From positions 139,686,001 to 139,750,000 of the forward strand of contig NC_091291.1 in NCBI RefSeq assembly GCF_032444005.1: a DNA stretch of 64,000 nucleotides, given 5' to 3'. The stretch is from Ranitomeya imitator (lineage: Eukaryota). The notes under the pieces were generated by a model. It saw only the letters and a list, made by a program, of their open reading frames with translations, did not search any database and was not told the DNA's origin. This document shows positions 46,624-59,834 of this stretch, piece after piece; the stretch's first letter is position 1, and every line of letters begins with the position of its first letter. The position numbers and the translations under genes were made by a program.

Positions 46624-49600
46624 GTGAGCGTTATACCTCCTATATCGCCAGCATTACATCACATACTCCAGAGCTGCACTCACTATTCTGCTGGTGAAGT
46701 CACTGTGTACATACATTCCATTACTGATCCTGAGTTACCTCCTGTATTATACTCCAGAGCTGCACTCACTATTCTGCTGGTGCAGTCACTGTGTACATAC
46801 ATTCCATTACTGATCCTGAGTTACCTCCTGTATTATACTCCAGAGCTGCACTCACTATTCTGCTGGTGCAGTCATTGTGTACATACATTCCATTACTGAT
46901 CCTGAGTTACATCCTGTATTATACTACATAGCTGCACTCACTATTCTGCTGGTGCAGTCACTGTGTACATACATTACATTACTGATCCTGAGTTACATCC
47001 TGTATTATACTCCAGAGCTGCACTCACTATTCTGCTGGTGCAGTCACTGTGTACATACATTACATTACTGATCCTGAGTTACATCCTGTATTATACTCCA
47101 GAGCTGCACTCACTATTCTGCTGGTGCAGTCACTGTGTACATACATTACATTACTGATCCTGAGTTACATCCTGTATTATCCTCCAGAGCTGCACTCACT
47201 ATTCTGCTGGTGCAGTCACTGTGTACATACATTACATTACTGATCCTTAGTTACCTCCTGTATTATATCCCAGAGCTGCACTCACTATTCTGCTGGTGCA
47301 GTCACTGTGTACACACATTACATTACTGATCCTGAGTTACCTCCTGTATTATACCCCAGAGCTGCACTCACTATTCTGCTGGTGCAGTCACTGTGTGCAT
47401 ACATTACATTACTGATCCTGAGTTACATCCTGTATTATACTCCAGAGCTGCACTCACTATTCTGCTGGTGCAGTCACTGTGTACATACATTACATTACTG
47501 ATCCTGAGTTACATCCTGTATTATCCTCCAGAGCTGCACTCACTATTCTGCTGGTGCAGTCACTGTGTACATACATTCCATTACTGATCCTTAGTTACCT
47601 CCTGTATTATATCCCAGAGCTGCACTCACTATTCTGCTGGTGCAGTCACTGTGTACATGCATTGCATTACTGATCCTGAGTTACATCCTGTACTATACCC
47701 CAGAGCTGCACTCACTATTCTACTGGTGCAGTCACTGTGTACATACAGTACATTACAGATCCTGAGTTACATCCTGTATTATACCCCAGAGCTGCACTCA
47801 TTCTGCTGGTGCAGTCACTGTGTGCATACATTACATTACTGATCCTGAGTTACATCCTGTATTATACTCCAGAACTGCACTCACTATTCTGCTGGTGCAA
47901 TCACTGTGTACATACATTACAGATCCTGAGTTACATCCTGTATTATACCCCAGAGCTGCAGTCACTATTCTGCTGGTGCAGTCACTGTGTACATACATTA
48001 CATTACTGATCCTGAGTTACATCCTGTATTATACCCCAGAGCTGCAGTCACTATTCTGCTGGTGCAGTCACTGTGTACATACATTACTGATCCTGAGTTA
48101 CATCCTGTATTATACCCCAGAGCTGCACTCACTATTCTGCTGGTGCAGTCACTGTGTACATACATTACATTACTGATCCTGAGTTACATCCTGTATTATA
48201 CCCCAGAGCTGCACTCACTATTCTGCTGGTGCAGTCACTGTGTACATACATTACATTACTGATCCTGAGTTACATCCTGTATTATACCCCAGAGCTGCAC
48301 TCACTATTCTGCTGGTGCAGTCACTGTGTACATACATTACATTACTGATCCTGAGTTACATCCTGTATTATACCCCAGAGCTGCACTCGCTATTCTGCTG
48401 GTGCAGTCACTGTGTACATACATTACTGATCCTGAGTTACATCCTGTATTATACCCCAGAGCTGCACTCACTATTCTGCTGGTGCAGTCACTGTGTGCTT
48501 AGGAGATGCTTTTTCTGTGCTCCTCCTGCCTTCGTTATTATTTATGGTGTGAGAATGCAGTGAGTGGGTACCTGCTGGGGTTTCTGCATCCAGTAATGGT
48601 GTTTCCATGTGACATTAGATCTAATAGCAACTGTCAGAATGGTGAATGCTGCTCTGAAGGTGTATTATAGACAGATAATAGCTGCTTACAATATTGCCCG
48701 TTGCATGGGCTGACACCAGAGAACAGCAGCTGCACTGTAGATGCCAATACTCCAGCTTTAGGATTCTCAGTGTGTTATCGCTCTGTTGTGTCTTGGATTC
48801 TTTTATTTCTTGCATCTTTCTTCATGTAGAGCTGTGAACCTATAACGGCAGTGGCCGGATCTTGGAGCGGTCGGGATCCAGCTCTGCAGACCTCGCGAGG
48901 TTCATCCTCCGCTGCCAGGAAAGCGTTGTGTACCCCCAAGACCTCCTATCCTAGAGGGCCTCCTCCACACGGGGGGTCCGGACTCGGGGGGCGCGCTGCT
49001 CTGGACGTTATTAGGGTGAATTCTCCAGTAAAACGCGTCCGTATCCTGAACTCCACAATGATTGACCCCAAATCTGACTGTTCGGGGGTCACAAGCGATT
49101 TCCCTGCTCAGTATATCGACAGGTTAGAGGATGACGGAAACCTGCGGAGCAAAGAACCGAGGACCCCAAAATCTATTCTGTGCACACCCACCCGGAGTTC
49201 CAAGGTAATGACTGCGCTTCCCACAAATGGACGGACCCCGGTCTGCTGATACAGGGGGCCAGACTGTAGGAATATATGATGTTACTCATGGGACCCCCAA
49301 TAATCCTGCCTGACAACCAATATGGCAGGTGAAATGACGTTTGTCACCCAACTTTCCCGGGATCCAGATCCTGCAGTGATAAAGGTGAACACTGCCTGAC
49401 ACCTCTGGGACCTGTCCTGGTGCCTGCAGTAGTTGTCAGACGACCCGTAACTCGCCGGCTTCTTGCTGATTGGGTGAAACTCCCTTTAAAAGCCGCCGAC
49501 TGCTGTCTGATTTCAGCTCTGGGAGCGTTTCCTGTTAACGAGGCAATGTCACGGTTTCAGGCTTATGAAGGCGATTAGTCTGTTAACCCTTTCTTTCCCC

Positions 49601-52600
49601 ACAGAGGTGAGCAGGTAACAGGAGCTGGTTTGGCGGAGCGCCCCTTTAATCCCTCCTGCAGCCCTGGTAAATCTGTCCCCGTGCCTTTAAATGCCAGAGC
49701 CATCCTGCACGTGTCTCTGTTGCCGCACTGCAGCTTTAAGGCCGGGTTATCCGCACTTGCATTGAGTGACTTGCAGGCAGTAGGGGGCCAACGTGACTCA
49801 TTCTGGGGTCTCGCACTCATTCTGCAAACTGACTGACTAAGATTTTCCTTCTGAGAAATGACGGGTACCGGACCCCGAGCGCCCGCTCTGCCGATCCCCC
49901 CTGACAATATGAGAAGGTCACCGTCGCTTCTTCTTGCAGAGAGATGCGGGGCGCGTCACCTTCCTGTGCGACGGCGAATCCCCTCCCCTGGAGCCGCGGT
50001 GGTCGGCTCGTCCGCTGCTGGGATACGACTGGATAGCGGGTGAGTATGTGTGGACAGAGCCATCGCCTCCAGGTGGCGCCACCTCCTGTGGATGGGCAGA
50101 CAGATCCTGTTATAGGGGAGCTGTGGGAAAAATAAAGAGCGCCACTCCTGCTTGCAGGTTGTTTCTGGTATTGCACCCTGTCTCCATTCACTGCAGTGGT
50201 GCAGAGCTGCAGTACCAGACACATCCTATGGGCAGCCGTGGCGCCTATGGTCCGCTATGACAAAGAAAAACTAAAATTGTCCACGGCGGGAAGTGGTTAA
50301 TGCTGTCCAACCTAGCCCTACCATTAACCCTCTCTTCTCCAGGACTTTTGGAAGTGAAGTCTCCCATCACCAATAAATCTGACCAGTTTTTCGCAGAGAT
50401 CAGTGAATTCCGACGCATCAACCGCGATGAGTGCGCGCACGACTGTTTTACTGAGTGAGTCAATGTTGGTGAATTGGGAATTTACAGATGGGGGCGCTGT
50501 TGCATTGCGGTCTATGGAAAGTATGTCCTGCAGTAATGGTAAGAAGCGGTACTGCAGGTAAGACATGAAATGCAGTATATTCTGCAATTGCCTTGTAAGG
50601 CTACGTTCACACTAGCGTTCGGCTAGTGTGCGTCGCGCTAGCGTCGGGCGACGCACGCGTCATGCGCCCCTATGTTTAACATGGGGGACACATGCGTTTT
50701 TGCTTGTTGCGTTTTCCGACACGTGCGTCTTTTTTGACGCTAGCGTCGGACCAAGAAAACGCAACAAGTTGCATTTTTCTTGCGTCCGATTTTCGTCAAA
50801 CGACGCACGCGTCGAAAAACGCAGCATTTTTGCGTGCGTTTGCACGCGTTTTTCGGTGCGTTGTGCGTCGCGTCGCCGACGCAGCGGCGCACAACGCTAG
50901 TGTGAACGTAGCCTAAGCAGTTTCCTTGTGTATATACTCGTCTTTCTTACTTGGGGGGAGCACACCCATTATCACCACTGTCTGGCTTTTGCCTCCTGTT
51001 ATCCAATCACTCCCACTTGTAAAATAAATCGCTCAGGTGATAAACTTTCTATGTTGGGGAATTACATTTTAAGCAATTCTCTACTATGTTTAAGCAACCT
51101 GTTGTGTGTGTCTTCAGATCAGGGGCCCAGGACTCATCGGTGGAACATCTGGACCTCTCGCTGGACACTCATCAGTGTAAGGAGACTTTTCTGCAGCTAT
51201 TAGGTTGCTGGACTTGGAGGCTGCTCTGATCACAGCTGCCTTTCTGTTTCTGTGTTTCAGGTGTGTACTGTTACCGAGTGAACCAGCGATTATTTACCTC
51301 CCCGGTGGGTGCAGAACCTGCGTGTCCTGTATGTAAGAAGCGCAGGGGCAGACGCCTCGTCTCCGCAGAGGAGCCCGCGTACGTCCGGTAGGTGAACGCG
51401 CCACTCGCCCAACTCAAGAAGCTATGGGACGGCTGCAGATTCAGGGGAATGAAGACTTTTACAACATTTTTTATTTTTTTTTCATTGCCTTTTAAATACA
51501 AAATGAAGCAATTGAGTAAAAAACAATCTCTTGCCGTTCTGTGGTTACAGGTCCTGTACACACTTATGTGTTGCCGTGGCTACTTGCGACATGATCCATA
51601 CTTTCATTTTTATTTGTATTGGTGAGAAATATTGGACAGATAAAGGGACTGGCAGCCAGGCTTGTTATTAGTCTGTAATTATGGGGCCACGTCGTTCTGC
51701 GTAGGAGCTGTATACACAAAACGGTAAAGGATTTTTAATAAAGATTGTTTTAATTTTAAATGCGCGGAAGCAATACGAAAATTCAATGGAATGTAATGTC
51801 CGTCCTTATTATAATAGAATGATGTGGTGTCCCAGTAGATAACCTGGTTTATCGGTGTATCTACCGCCCCTTTAAATGACTGTGCAGGCGCCATACTGCT
51901 CATGTTCTGTTCCCAATACTGAGGTTGTGTTTTAGGGTGAGCATCCCCCGCAGCACGCTGCTCCCACCTTACAAGTACCGAGCCCACAGGAGAAAAAGCT
52001 TCGACCCCACGGACAGCCTCGCCCTGCCGTCAGTAAGTCCAGCCTGTATCCTGTGCACTCCATACTTTCCAGATGCAGCCATTTCTTTGGGGTGCATGCT
52101 ATTATTGTTCGAGGCCTCTATTTGCTGTCAGTGAATGGAAACTTTCAGCTGTAAAACCAGAGGATCCGGAGCCAGTCTGCTGATACATGTTCTGACCGGC
52201 GGGGTCCCCGTGTGATCCGGAGACGGGGGAGACCTCTGGATTTATACGAGGTTCCATTCATTGCATGCAAGCAGTGATCTTACAGATCTAATCCTCACTT
52301 TTTGTCCCCATTCGCTTCTGCCTGTTTACCGCACCTGTAACTCTGCACTTGTGTACACATTACCTATGGGACAACATCTCCCAGTATCCGCTGTCAGGCT
52401 CTTGCTGGGAGTTGTAGTGCTGCAGCAGCTTGTGATCCTGCCCGGTGCCTTTTACACTATTTGTTTTCTCTCTTTTAGCATTGTTTAGCTGGATGGGAGA
52501 ACGCCGCACCGTCCTGCAACCTGAAAATCACCAGTCTGGACCTGAGGACCTCAACGGAGCCAAAAACGGAGACTGCACCCGCCACTGCGAGCGCGGTAAG

Positions 52601-52762
52601 AGAATGCGCCACTGATATCTCCGCACACTAGGGGGCGCAAGTCATGTGATTTCTCTTCTATCCCTCAATCTCCAGGACGCAGCTTCTTATTTCGCTGCAC
52701 GGGCGACGTCTGACAATCTGCTGAACTTGTCCCGATCCATCGCTTTCCATCACAAGAAGTAA
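46501..52762 (+). CDS. MIIP: Migration and invasion inhibitory protein, full CDS (9 coding exons, 1197 nt, 398 aa)
   Basis: join(46501-46623,48830-49204,49940-50039,50343-50454,51118-51176,51261-51387,51936-52032,52479-52595,52676-52762). GT-AG throughout, phases consistent. Motifs [63 protein letters not shown]|HCLAGW match MIIP as recalled. Lies directly downstream of MFN2 as in human. Confidence 0.95.
46661..48496 (+). repeat. 86-bp satellite (family B) in an MIIP intron
   Basis: Same unit in + orientation, starting about 40 nt after the donor at 46624. Confidence 0.97.
48830..49204 (+). CDS. MIIP: MIIP coding exon 2
   Basis: 375-nt open phase-0 exon ending [17 protein letters not shown] (cf. 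human QTPRSIL), donor AAG|GTAATG. Confidence 0.85.
49940..50039 (+). CDS. MIIP: MIIP coding exon 3
   Basis: RDAGRVTF...[10 protein letters not shown](G). Confidence 0.93.
50343..50454 (+). CDS. MIIP: MIIP coding exon 4
   Basis: [36 protein letters not shown]. Confidence 0.92.
50599..50913. mobile_element. Harbinger-type MITE in an MIIP intron
   Basis: TIR GGCTACGTTCACACTAGCG, TAA/TAA TSD. Confidence 0.9.
51118..51176 (+). CDS. MIIP: MIIP coding exon 5
   Basis: 59 nt, phases fit both neighbours, [19 protein letters not shown]. Confidence 0.85.
51261..51387 (+). CDS. MIIP: MIIP coding exon 6
   Basis: [25 protein letters not shown]...EPAYVR. Confidence 0.94.
51936..52032 (+). CDS. MIIP: MIIP coding exon 7
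   Basis: [32 protein letters not shown]. Confidence 0.94.
52479..52595 (+). CDS. MIIP: MIIP coding exon 8
   Basis: [25 protein letters not shown]... Confidence 0.9.
52676..52762 (+). CDS. MIIP: MIIP coding exon 9 (last)
   Basis: Acceptor tccag, [28 protein letters not shown], stop TAA. Confidence 0.75.
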   Translation, partial: DAASYFAARATSDNLLNLSRSIAFHHKK

Positions 52763-52942
52763 AACTGAAGAGGGCAGAAACTTCAGGACCCGGTAAACGT
52801 GGCCGTGGACCCCCCAGTGTCTCGGATATCGACCAGTTCACAACATTATATTCCCAGAAGCCCTCATTATTCTTTATACAAAGTTCTTAAACTTTCTAAT
52901 ATACATACATGAAGAAAGGTCCAATGAGGCACCCGCCCCTTT

Positions 52943-52948
52943 AATAAA
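52943..52948 (+). terminator. Candidate MIIP polyadenylation signal
   Basis: First AATAAA about 180 nt after the stop codon. Confidence 0.5.
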
Positions 52949-53777
52949 TTTGACTTCCTTTTTTTTTTTTTTTCAGGATCTCTGCTTGCTGTCAGTGATC
53001 ACACGAAGTCTCGTCTTGTGTTATATATTTTGGGAGCTATTTAATTTTTTAGAGGTAAAGTATGTCACCCAGACATCATAGCTGATCGCCTGCTATAGGT
53101 CTGTACATCGCAGCGGCACTGACACATTGTAACAAACTGACACTGCACAGGCTGGTGCTGCTGATCTACGTCACTCATAGAGAAATGTGTCTGCATACAA
53201 ATGGACCAGTGTCAGGTCTGCACAAGCGTCGGCAAGAACCTTTCTATTCACAGACTGCAAGCAGAGATCTTTCAAATGATGAAGCCTTAAATTGGGAAGT
53301 TGTTAATTGATTTGCGCCATTGTTTTTGTTAACCCTTAGTCTATACGATGTTACACTGATGATGGTCATGTTTGATGATTTCTCATCTCGGCCCCGCGCA
53401 ATAACAGGACCTGAAGGTTAATCTCACCGCGGTCTCTCACAGTGGACGACATCTTCCAAAGGAAAGTCTGGAGCATGACCAAAAACAAACAGCTCCCCCC
53501 CAGTCAGCAGGCTGTGTCTGGTACTGCGGCGTCACTAGGGGCTACATAATATGTGACTGTTAATCTACATCTCTGTGTTTTCTACACTTCGTGCTGAATG
53601 TTATATTTTGATATTTGATTGTGAGAATTTCTATATTTTTACATTTGAAATTAAGAATAATGTACAAAAGTTCTGGCGATTTTTCAAAAATATCAGAAAT
53701 GTCAAGTGAAACGAGCTGATTTGTTTCCCTGTGGACGGGCGCGTGTCCGAGTCACTCTGCTGTGGGTGCTCAGCACG

Positions 53778-55065
53778 GCGCGTGACCGCCGGCGTCTCTT
53801 ACCCTGAGTGTGACCGCAGGCGTCTCTTACCCTGAGTGTGACCGCAGGCGTCTCTTACCCGGTGCGTGACCGCTGGTGTCTCTTACCCTGAGTGACCGCA
53901 GGCGTCTCTTACCCGGCGCGTGACCGGCGACGTCTCTTACCCGGTGTGTGACCACCGGCGTCTCTTACCCTGCGTGTGACTGCAGGCGTCTCTTACCCTG
54001 AGTGACCGCAGGCGTCTCTTACCCTGCGTGTGATCGGAGGCGTCTGTTACCCTGAGTGTGACTGCAGGCGTCTGTTACCCGGCGTGTGATTGCCGGCGTC
54101 TCTTACCCGGCGTGTGATCGGCAACATCTCTTACCCGGCGTGTGATCGCCGGCGTCTCTTACCCTGAGTGTGATCGGAGGCGTCTCTTACCCGGCGTGTG
54201 ACCGCCGGCTTCTCTTACCCGGCGTGTGATCGGCGACGTCTCTTACCCGGCGTGTGACCGCAGGCGTCTTACCCGGCTTGTGATCGCCGGCGTCTCTTAC
54301 CCTGCGTGTGATTGGCGGCGTCTCTTACCCGGCTTGTGACCGCCGGCGTCTCTTACCCTGCGTGTGATTGGCGGCGTCTCTTACCCGGCTTGTGACCGCA
54401 GGCGTCTCTTACCCGGCTTGTGACCGCCGGCGTCTCTTACTCGGCGCGTGACCGGTGACGTCTCTTAACCGGCGTGTGACTGCAGGCGTCTCTCACCCGG
54501 CTTGTGACCGCAGGCGTCTCTCACCCGGCTTGTGACCGCCGGCTTCTCTTACCTGGCTTGTGATTGCAGGCGTCTCTTACCCGGCTTGTGACCGCAGGCG
54601 TCTCTTACCCGGCGTGTGACCGCCGGCGTCTCTTACCCTGTGTGTGACCGCCGGCGTCTTTTACACGGCGCGTGACCGCCGGCGTCGCTTACCCTGTGTG
54701 TGACCGCAGGCGTCTCTTACCCGGCGCGTGACCGCTGGCGTCTCTTACCCGGCGCGTGACCGCTGGCGTCTCTTACCCGGCGCGTGACTGCTGGCGTCTC
54801 TTACCCGGCGCGTGACCGCTGGCGTCTCTTACCCGGCTTGTGACCGCAGGCGTCTCTTACCTGGCGTGTGACCGCCGGCGTCTCTTACCCTGCGTGTGAC
54901 CGCCGGCGTCTTTTACCCGGCGCGTGACCGCCGGCATCGCTTACCCTGTGTGTGACCGCCGGCGTCTCTTACCCGGCGCGTGACCGCTGGCGTCTCTTAC
55001 CCGGCGCGTGACCGCTGGCGTCTCTTACCCGGTGTGTGACCGCAGGCGTTTCTTACCTGGCTTGT
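53778..55065 (+). repeat. 28-bp CpG-rich minisatellite, about 46 copies
   Basis: Unit GCGTCTCTTACCCGGCGTGTGACCGCCG. Confidence 0.95.
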
Positions 55066-55849
55066 GCTCCACATTGAAAGGGGTTAAAATCTACAGCAGG
55101 AATTGAGAGCGCTGCTCCTGGAAAGTTGGGTGACAACTGGTGTGCGCAGCATTAGAGCTTCCCGAGGGTTGTCACCCAGCTTTCCCAGACTCCTGGACAA
55201 GTCCTGGTGCTATCAGTTGGAGGGGATTTATTGCAGCTCTTGACAGATGTATCATTCAGGACCCTGGGAAAGCTGGGTGACACACCTTGTGGGAGCGATG
55301 TCAGCAGACTTTTATCAGTGTCTGTCGGTTGTCTGAACCCCGCAGCCTTATCGACATTAATAAGAGGGGGAGGGGTGAGAATAGTAATAACCACGAGGCT
55401 TTTTACAGGAAACGCAAATAGAAAAGTCATCGTTCCTAGTATTCGCCGGCCGCTTTCTGTTCTTCTTGCTCATTTGGTCGTTTTTACTTTTTGCATAATT
55501 CTAATATCATGCGGTAAGTTTAGGATGACTCCAGGTACCGTAACTGGTGCATCGGCCCGGGGTCTATTCATGTATTATGCTGGCGGCAAGTGATATATTA
55601 GGGAATTACATTGTGAGCAGGTTCCCGGGATCCTGTCGTCGGCTTGTAATCACTACAACCCCCATCAGATCCCTCTGCTGTCATTATGGAAAGGACACCA
55701 CTGATCTGTTCAGGGACAGTGGGAAATTGCTTGACATGCAATTCCTAAAACATTTTTCTATATGGGATGAAAAAGTGGAAAGCGCCTATTGAGGGGTTAT
55801 GATATCAGTCCATACTGTTTATCATGGACGGCGGAGAAGAGGGTCGGCG

Positions 55850-57113
55850 GGAGCTGACACATGAATGGCGCCCTGTATAAACCAGTGCTGTGGCGATAAC
55901 TACAACTCCCAGCATGCTGTGATTGGCCGCACACTGGTGATACCTGTGTACGTTATACGGAACGTTCGCTGTCCTCGCTGCGCCGGCGGCCGACACGTCC
56001 GTTTCTTTTCTCACTAGTTGTGGTTTTATTATTCCTGTTTGCTGCTCTGTTCTCGGGGCCGGAGCGCGTTCACATTGGCCTGGTATCATGGTGACTCCAC
56101 ATTGGCGCTGACTATACAATGTCTTATGTCAGGGCCTGCGCTCTATTCATATGTCACCCGAAACCTCATAATATGGCGCAAATTCTGATTTACTGGGAAA
56201 AAAGCTGTAAGAATCCAATAGTTCTGTGCCCGTGGCGAGGATTGGCCACGTGTTCCGCCGCAGCGGCTCATATCGCCATTTTGTTCCTAGTGACGTTGTG
56301 CAGATGGCGGCTCTCAGTGACTGATTTGGGTTTAATCTCCACCATTTTGGACCCTGCTTTATTTCTCTATGATGAGACTATTTAGGGTCTGTCTGCGGTG
56401 GGGACAAAAGGCCGAAAATATCTGCAGTGTAGCGATCCGGCCCCGTACTTGTGCACAATGGCTTATGGCTGCTCAGAAGGAACCCGAGGGTCTTGGAAAG
56501 TGTGTGGTGGGAGGCGCGATACGTCAGATGTCATTTTACTCTGAGGTGACAAGAATCGGTGTCGTCAGCGCTCGAGCTGAATCCACTTCATGTGCCGCCT
56601 CCACCCTCCGCCTACACGTGTGCCCTTTCCACGGCTCGTACTGAGCAGCGCAGGTGGCGTCCCCGACATCTCACCGACCTTTACAGGAGCGGCCGATCTG
56701 CTCCAGACGAAAACACGACCGACGTTCATCAGGGGCGAAGAACGGACCGGACGCGGAAAGTTCGCCCTCCGGAGATTTTACCTTCCTGCACCCCTCGTCT
56801 GCCTCTCCTGCCCGTGCTCCACATTGCTCATGGGTGAGGAGGCTCCGTCTGACCATTATCAATGTCGGCCATCTTGGCGCTCGTAGGAGGCATTACCTGT
56901 CACAGAGCGTCCTGTCCCTCCATAACACAGGTTCTCTGTCCGGGCGGAGACATGGCTGACTGCTGGCGGACAAAGCGTCCCGTATAGACTGTACACCCAT
57001 CAGCCATAACATTAATATCACCGGCAAACCGTGTTGATTCCCCTCTGGTCCATCAAGGCCCGGACTCCGCACTCCTCCTCAGACCCGACCGGTTTTTCCA
57101 GCATTTCCCACAG
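55850..57113. promoter_or_regulatory. Second CpG-rich promoter-like and exon-like island
   Basis: ZNF143-like AACTACAACTCCCAGCATG 55898-55916, YY1-like CAGATGGCGGC at about 56301 and CAAGATGGCCG (minus strand) at about 56870, donor CAG|GTGATT at 57114. No convincing ORF. Confidence 0.45.
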
Positions 57114-57239
57114 GTGATTGATTGACATGAGGAATTTGGTGACAAGTTGTCACCTCTGTCTCTGCCATGGTCCCCGGGCATAAGGGAAATCAGTGCAATG
57201 GGGGCTGGTATAGTGTTAGGTGGGTGGCACATATCACAG

Positions 57240-59060
57240 CCACATGATACCAGCAGAGCATCACCCCGTCACGCCCCAAAGCATCGCCCTGTCATACCGC
57301 AGAGCACGGCCCGTCATACCGCAGAGCATCGCCCCGTCACGCCCCAGAGCATTGCCCTGTCATACCGCAGAGCATGGCCCGTCACACCGTAGAACATCGC
57401 CCCTTTACGCCCCAGAGCATCACACCACAGAACATCGCCTCGTCATACCGCAGAGCATGGTCCGTCACACCATAGAACATCACCACTTCACACCCCAGAG
57501 CATCGCCCCGTCATGCCCCAGAGCATCGCCCTGTCACACCGCAGAGCACGGCCCATCACACCGTAGAACATCGCCCTGTCACACCCCAGAGCATTGCCCT
57601 GTCATACCGCAGAGCATGGCCCGTCACACCGTAGAACATCGCCCCGTTAAGGCCCAGAGCATCACACCACAGAACATCGCCTCGTCATACCGCAGAGCAT
57701 GGTCCGTCACACCATAGAGCATCGCCCCGTCACGCCCCAGAGCATCGCCCTGTCACACCGCAGAGCACGGCCCGTCACACCGTAGAACATCGCCCCATCA
57801 CACCCCAGGGCATCACTCCCTCACCGCAGAGCATCGCCCTGTCACACCAAAGAGGATCACCCCACCACGCCCCAGAGCATCACCCCGTCACCACAGAGCA
57901 TCACACTGCAAAGCATCCCCCATGTCACACCCCAGATCATCACCCCGTCACACCCCAGAGCATCACCCCGTCACGCCCCAGAGCATCTCCCTGGAGCATC
58001 GCCCCGTCATGCCCCAGAGCATCGCCCCGTCACACCACAGAGCATCGCCTCGTCACGCCCCAGAGCATTGACCTGTCACACTGCAGAGCATCGCCCTGTC
58101 ACGCCCCAGAGCATTGCCCTGTCACACCGCAGAACATCACCCGTTCACGCCCCAGAGCATCGCCCTGTCATGCCGCAGAGCAAGGCCCGTCACACCATAA
58201 AACATCGCCCCGTCACACCGCAGAACATTGACCCAGAGCATTGCCCCATCACGCCACAGAGCATCGCCCTGTCACACCGCAGGACCTCGCCCCATCACGC
58301 CCCAGAGTATCACACCACAGAGCATCGCCCCATCACACCCCAGGGCATCACTCCCTCACCGCAGAGCATCGCCCTGTCACACCAAAGAGGATCACCCTGT
58401 CACCGCAGAGCATCACACCACAAAGCATCCCCCATGTCGCACCCCAGAGCATCGCCCCGTCACGCCCCAGAGCATCGCCCCCTTCACGCCCCAGAGCATC
58501 GCCCCGTCACGCTCCAGAGCATCGCCCCGTCACGCTCCAGAGCATCGCCCCGTCACGCTCCAGAGCATCGCCCCGTCACGCTCCAGAACATCGCCCCGTC
58601 ACGCCCCAGAGCATAGCCCCGTCACGCCCCAGAGCATTGCCCCGTCACGCCACAGAGCATCGCCCTGTTACACCCCAGAACATTGCCCTGTTACGCCCCA
58701 GAGCATTGCCCTGTCACGCCCCAGGGAATTGCCCTGTCACACTGCAGAGCATCGACCCGTCACGCCCCAGAGCATTGCCCCATCACACTGCAGAGCATCG
58801 CCCTGTCACACTGCAGAACATCACCTCGTTGCACCGCAGAGCATCACGACACAACATCACCTCGTCACACCGCAGAGCATCACCCTGACACACAGCAGAG
58901 TATCACCTCATCACGCCGCAGAACATCGCCCCGTACACCACACAGCATCACTCTGCAGAACATCACCTTGTCACACCGCAGAGCAACGCCCCATTAGATT
59001 TCAGATATTGCAGTAGCACGCAGCAGGACATCACACTGCAGAGCATCGCACCATCACATT
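57240..59060 (+). repeat. Diverged family A (about 23-bp) minisatellite
   Basis: Unit resembles CAGAGCATCGCCCCGTCACGCCC / CAGAACATCGC. Confidence 0.9.
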
Positions 59061-59201
59061 GCGTCCATGGATTTGTCTTTTTTACCGTTTGACCAGACAG
59101 CTGGGACTCAACCAATCAAAAGAAGGTTTACCACCACCCACCGTGGCCTGGGGTTTTGTACCTTCCCGGAGTTTTCCTACAACAGTAGCCCTTCCCCTTA
59201 A

Positions 59202-59612
59202 AAGTTAAGCTGTCACCACGTTTTTTCCACCTAATTGAGAGTAGTATATTGTAGGGACAGAGAACCTGATTCCAGTGATGTGTCACTGAAATGCTTGCGG
59301 CAAAATCCCTGTTTTGTCTGCTACCGACCTAGCAGAACTTGAATGCTGAGCTCTGTATAACCCTGCCCACACCATTGATTTGCAGCTTTCTGTGGATGCT
59401 GTGCATAGGCAGAGAGCCACCAATTAGTAGTGTGGACAGAGTTATACAGAGCTCAGCATTTAGAGAACTGCTATATCTGCAGCGGATGAAATAGGGATAT
59501 TATCAAAACTGCAGTAATCAGCCCAGTGAGTGACACATCGCAGAAATCAGTGTCTGCCCCTAGACCATGGTGCTCTCAAATGAGGTAGCAAAAACCTGTT
59601 GTCAGATTCCTT
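59202..59612. mobile_element. Kolobok/T2-type MITE
   Basis: TTAA flanks, internal inverted repeat ATGCTGAGCTCTGTATAAC / GTTATACAGAGCTCAGCAT. Confidence 0.55.
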
Positions 59613-59834
59613 TTAATATCTGCACCCTGCTGGGAATTGGTGACTTAGGCGCACACTTATCCAGGCACACACTGTACGTACTGTACGAGAATCTGCGCCC
59701 ACTCGGTTTCCTTTTCCTAGACAGTGGTTGATGTCACCGCAGCAGCTGAACTCTCACTCATTTCCAACACAACAGAACCAAATGAGAGACTATAACTCCC
59801 AACATTTCCCGATAACTGCAGATACGCTGGGGAA

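Noticed and set aside
53350-53420. TGATGA...CTGA as a C/D-box snoRNA
   Set aside because: No terminal stem, no recognisable guide, and not within a supported intron
55170-55282. Perfect 19-bp inverted repeat
   Set aside because: Most simply an internal palindrome of an old MITE
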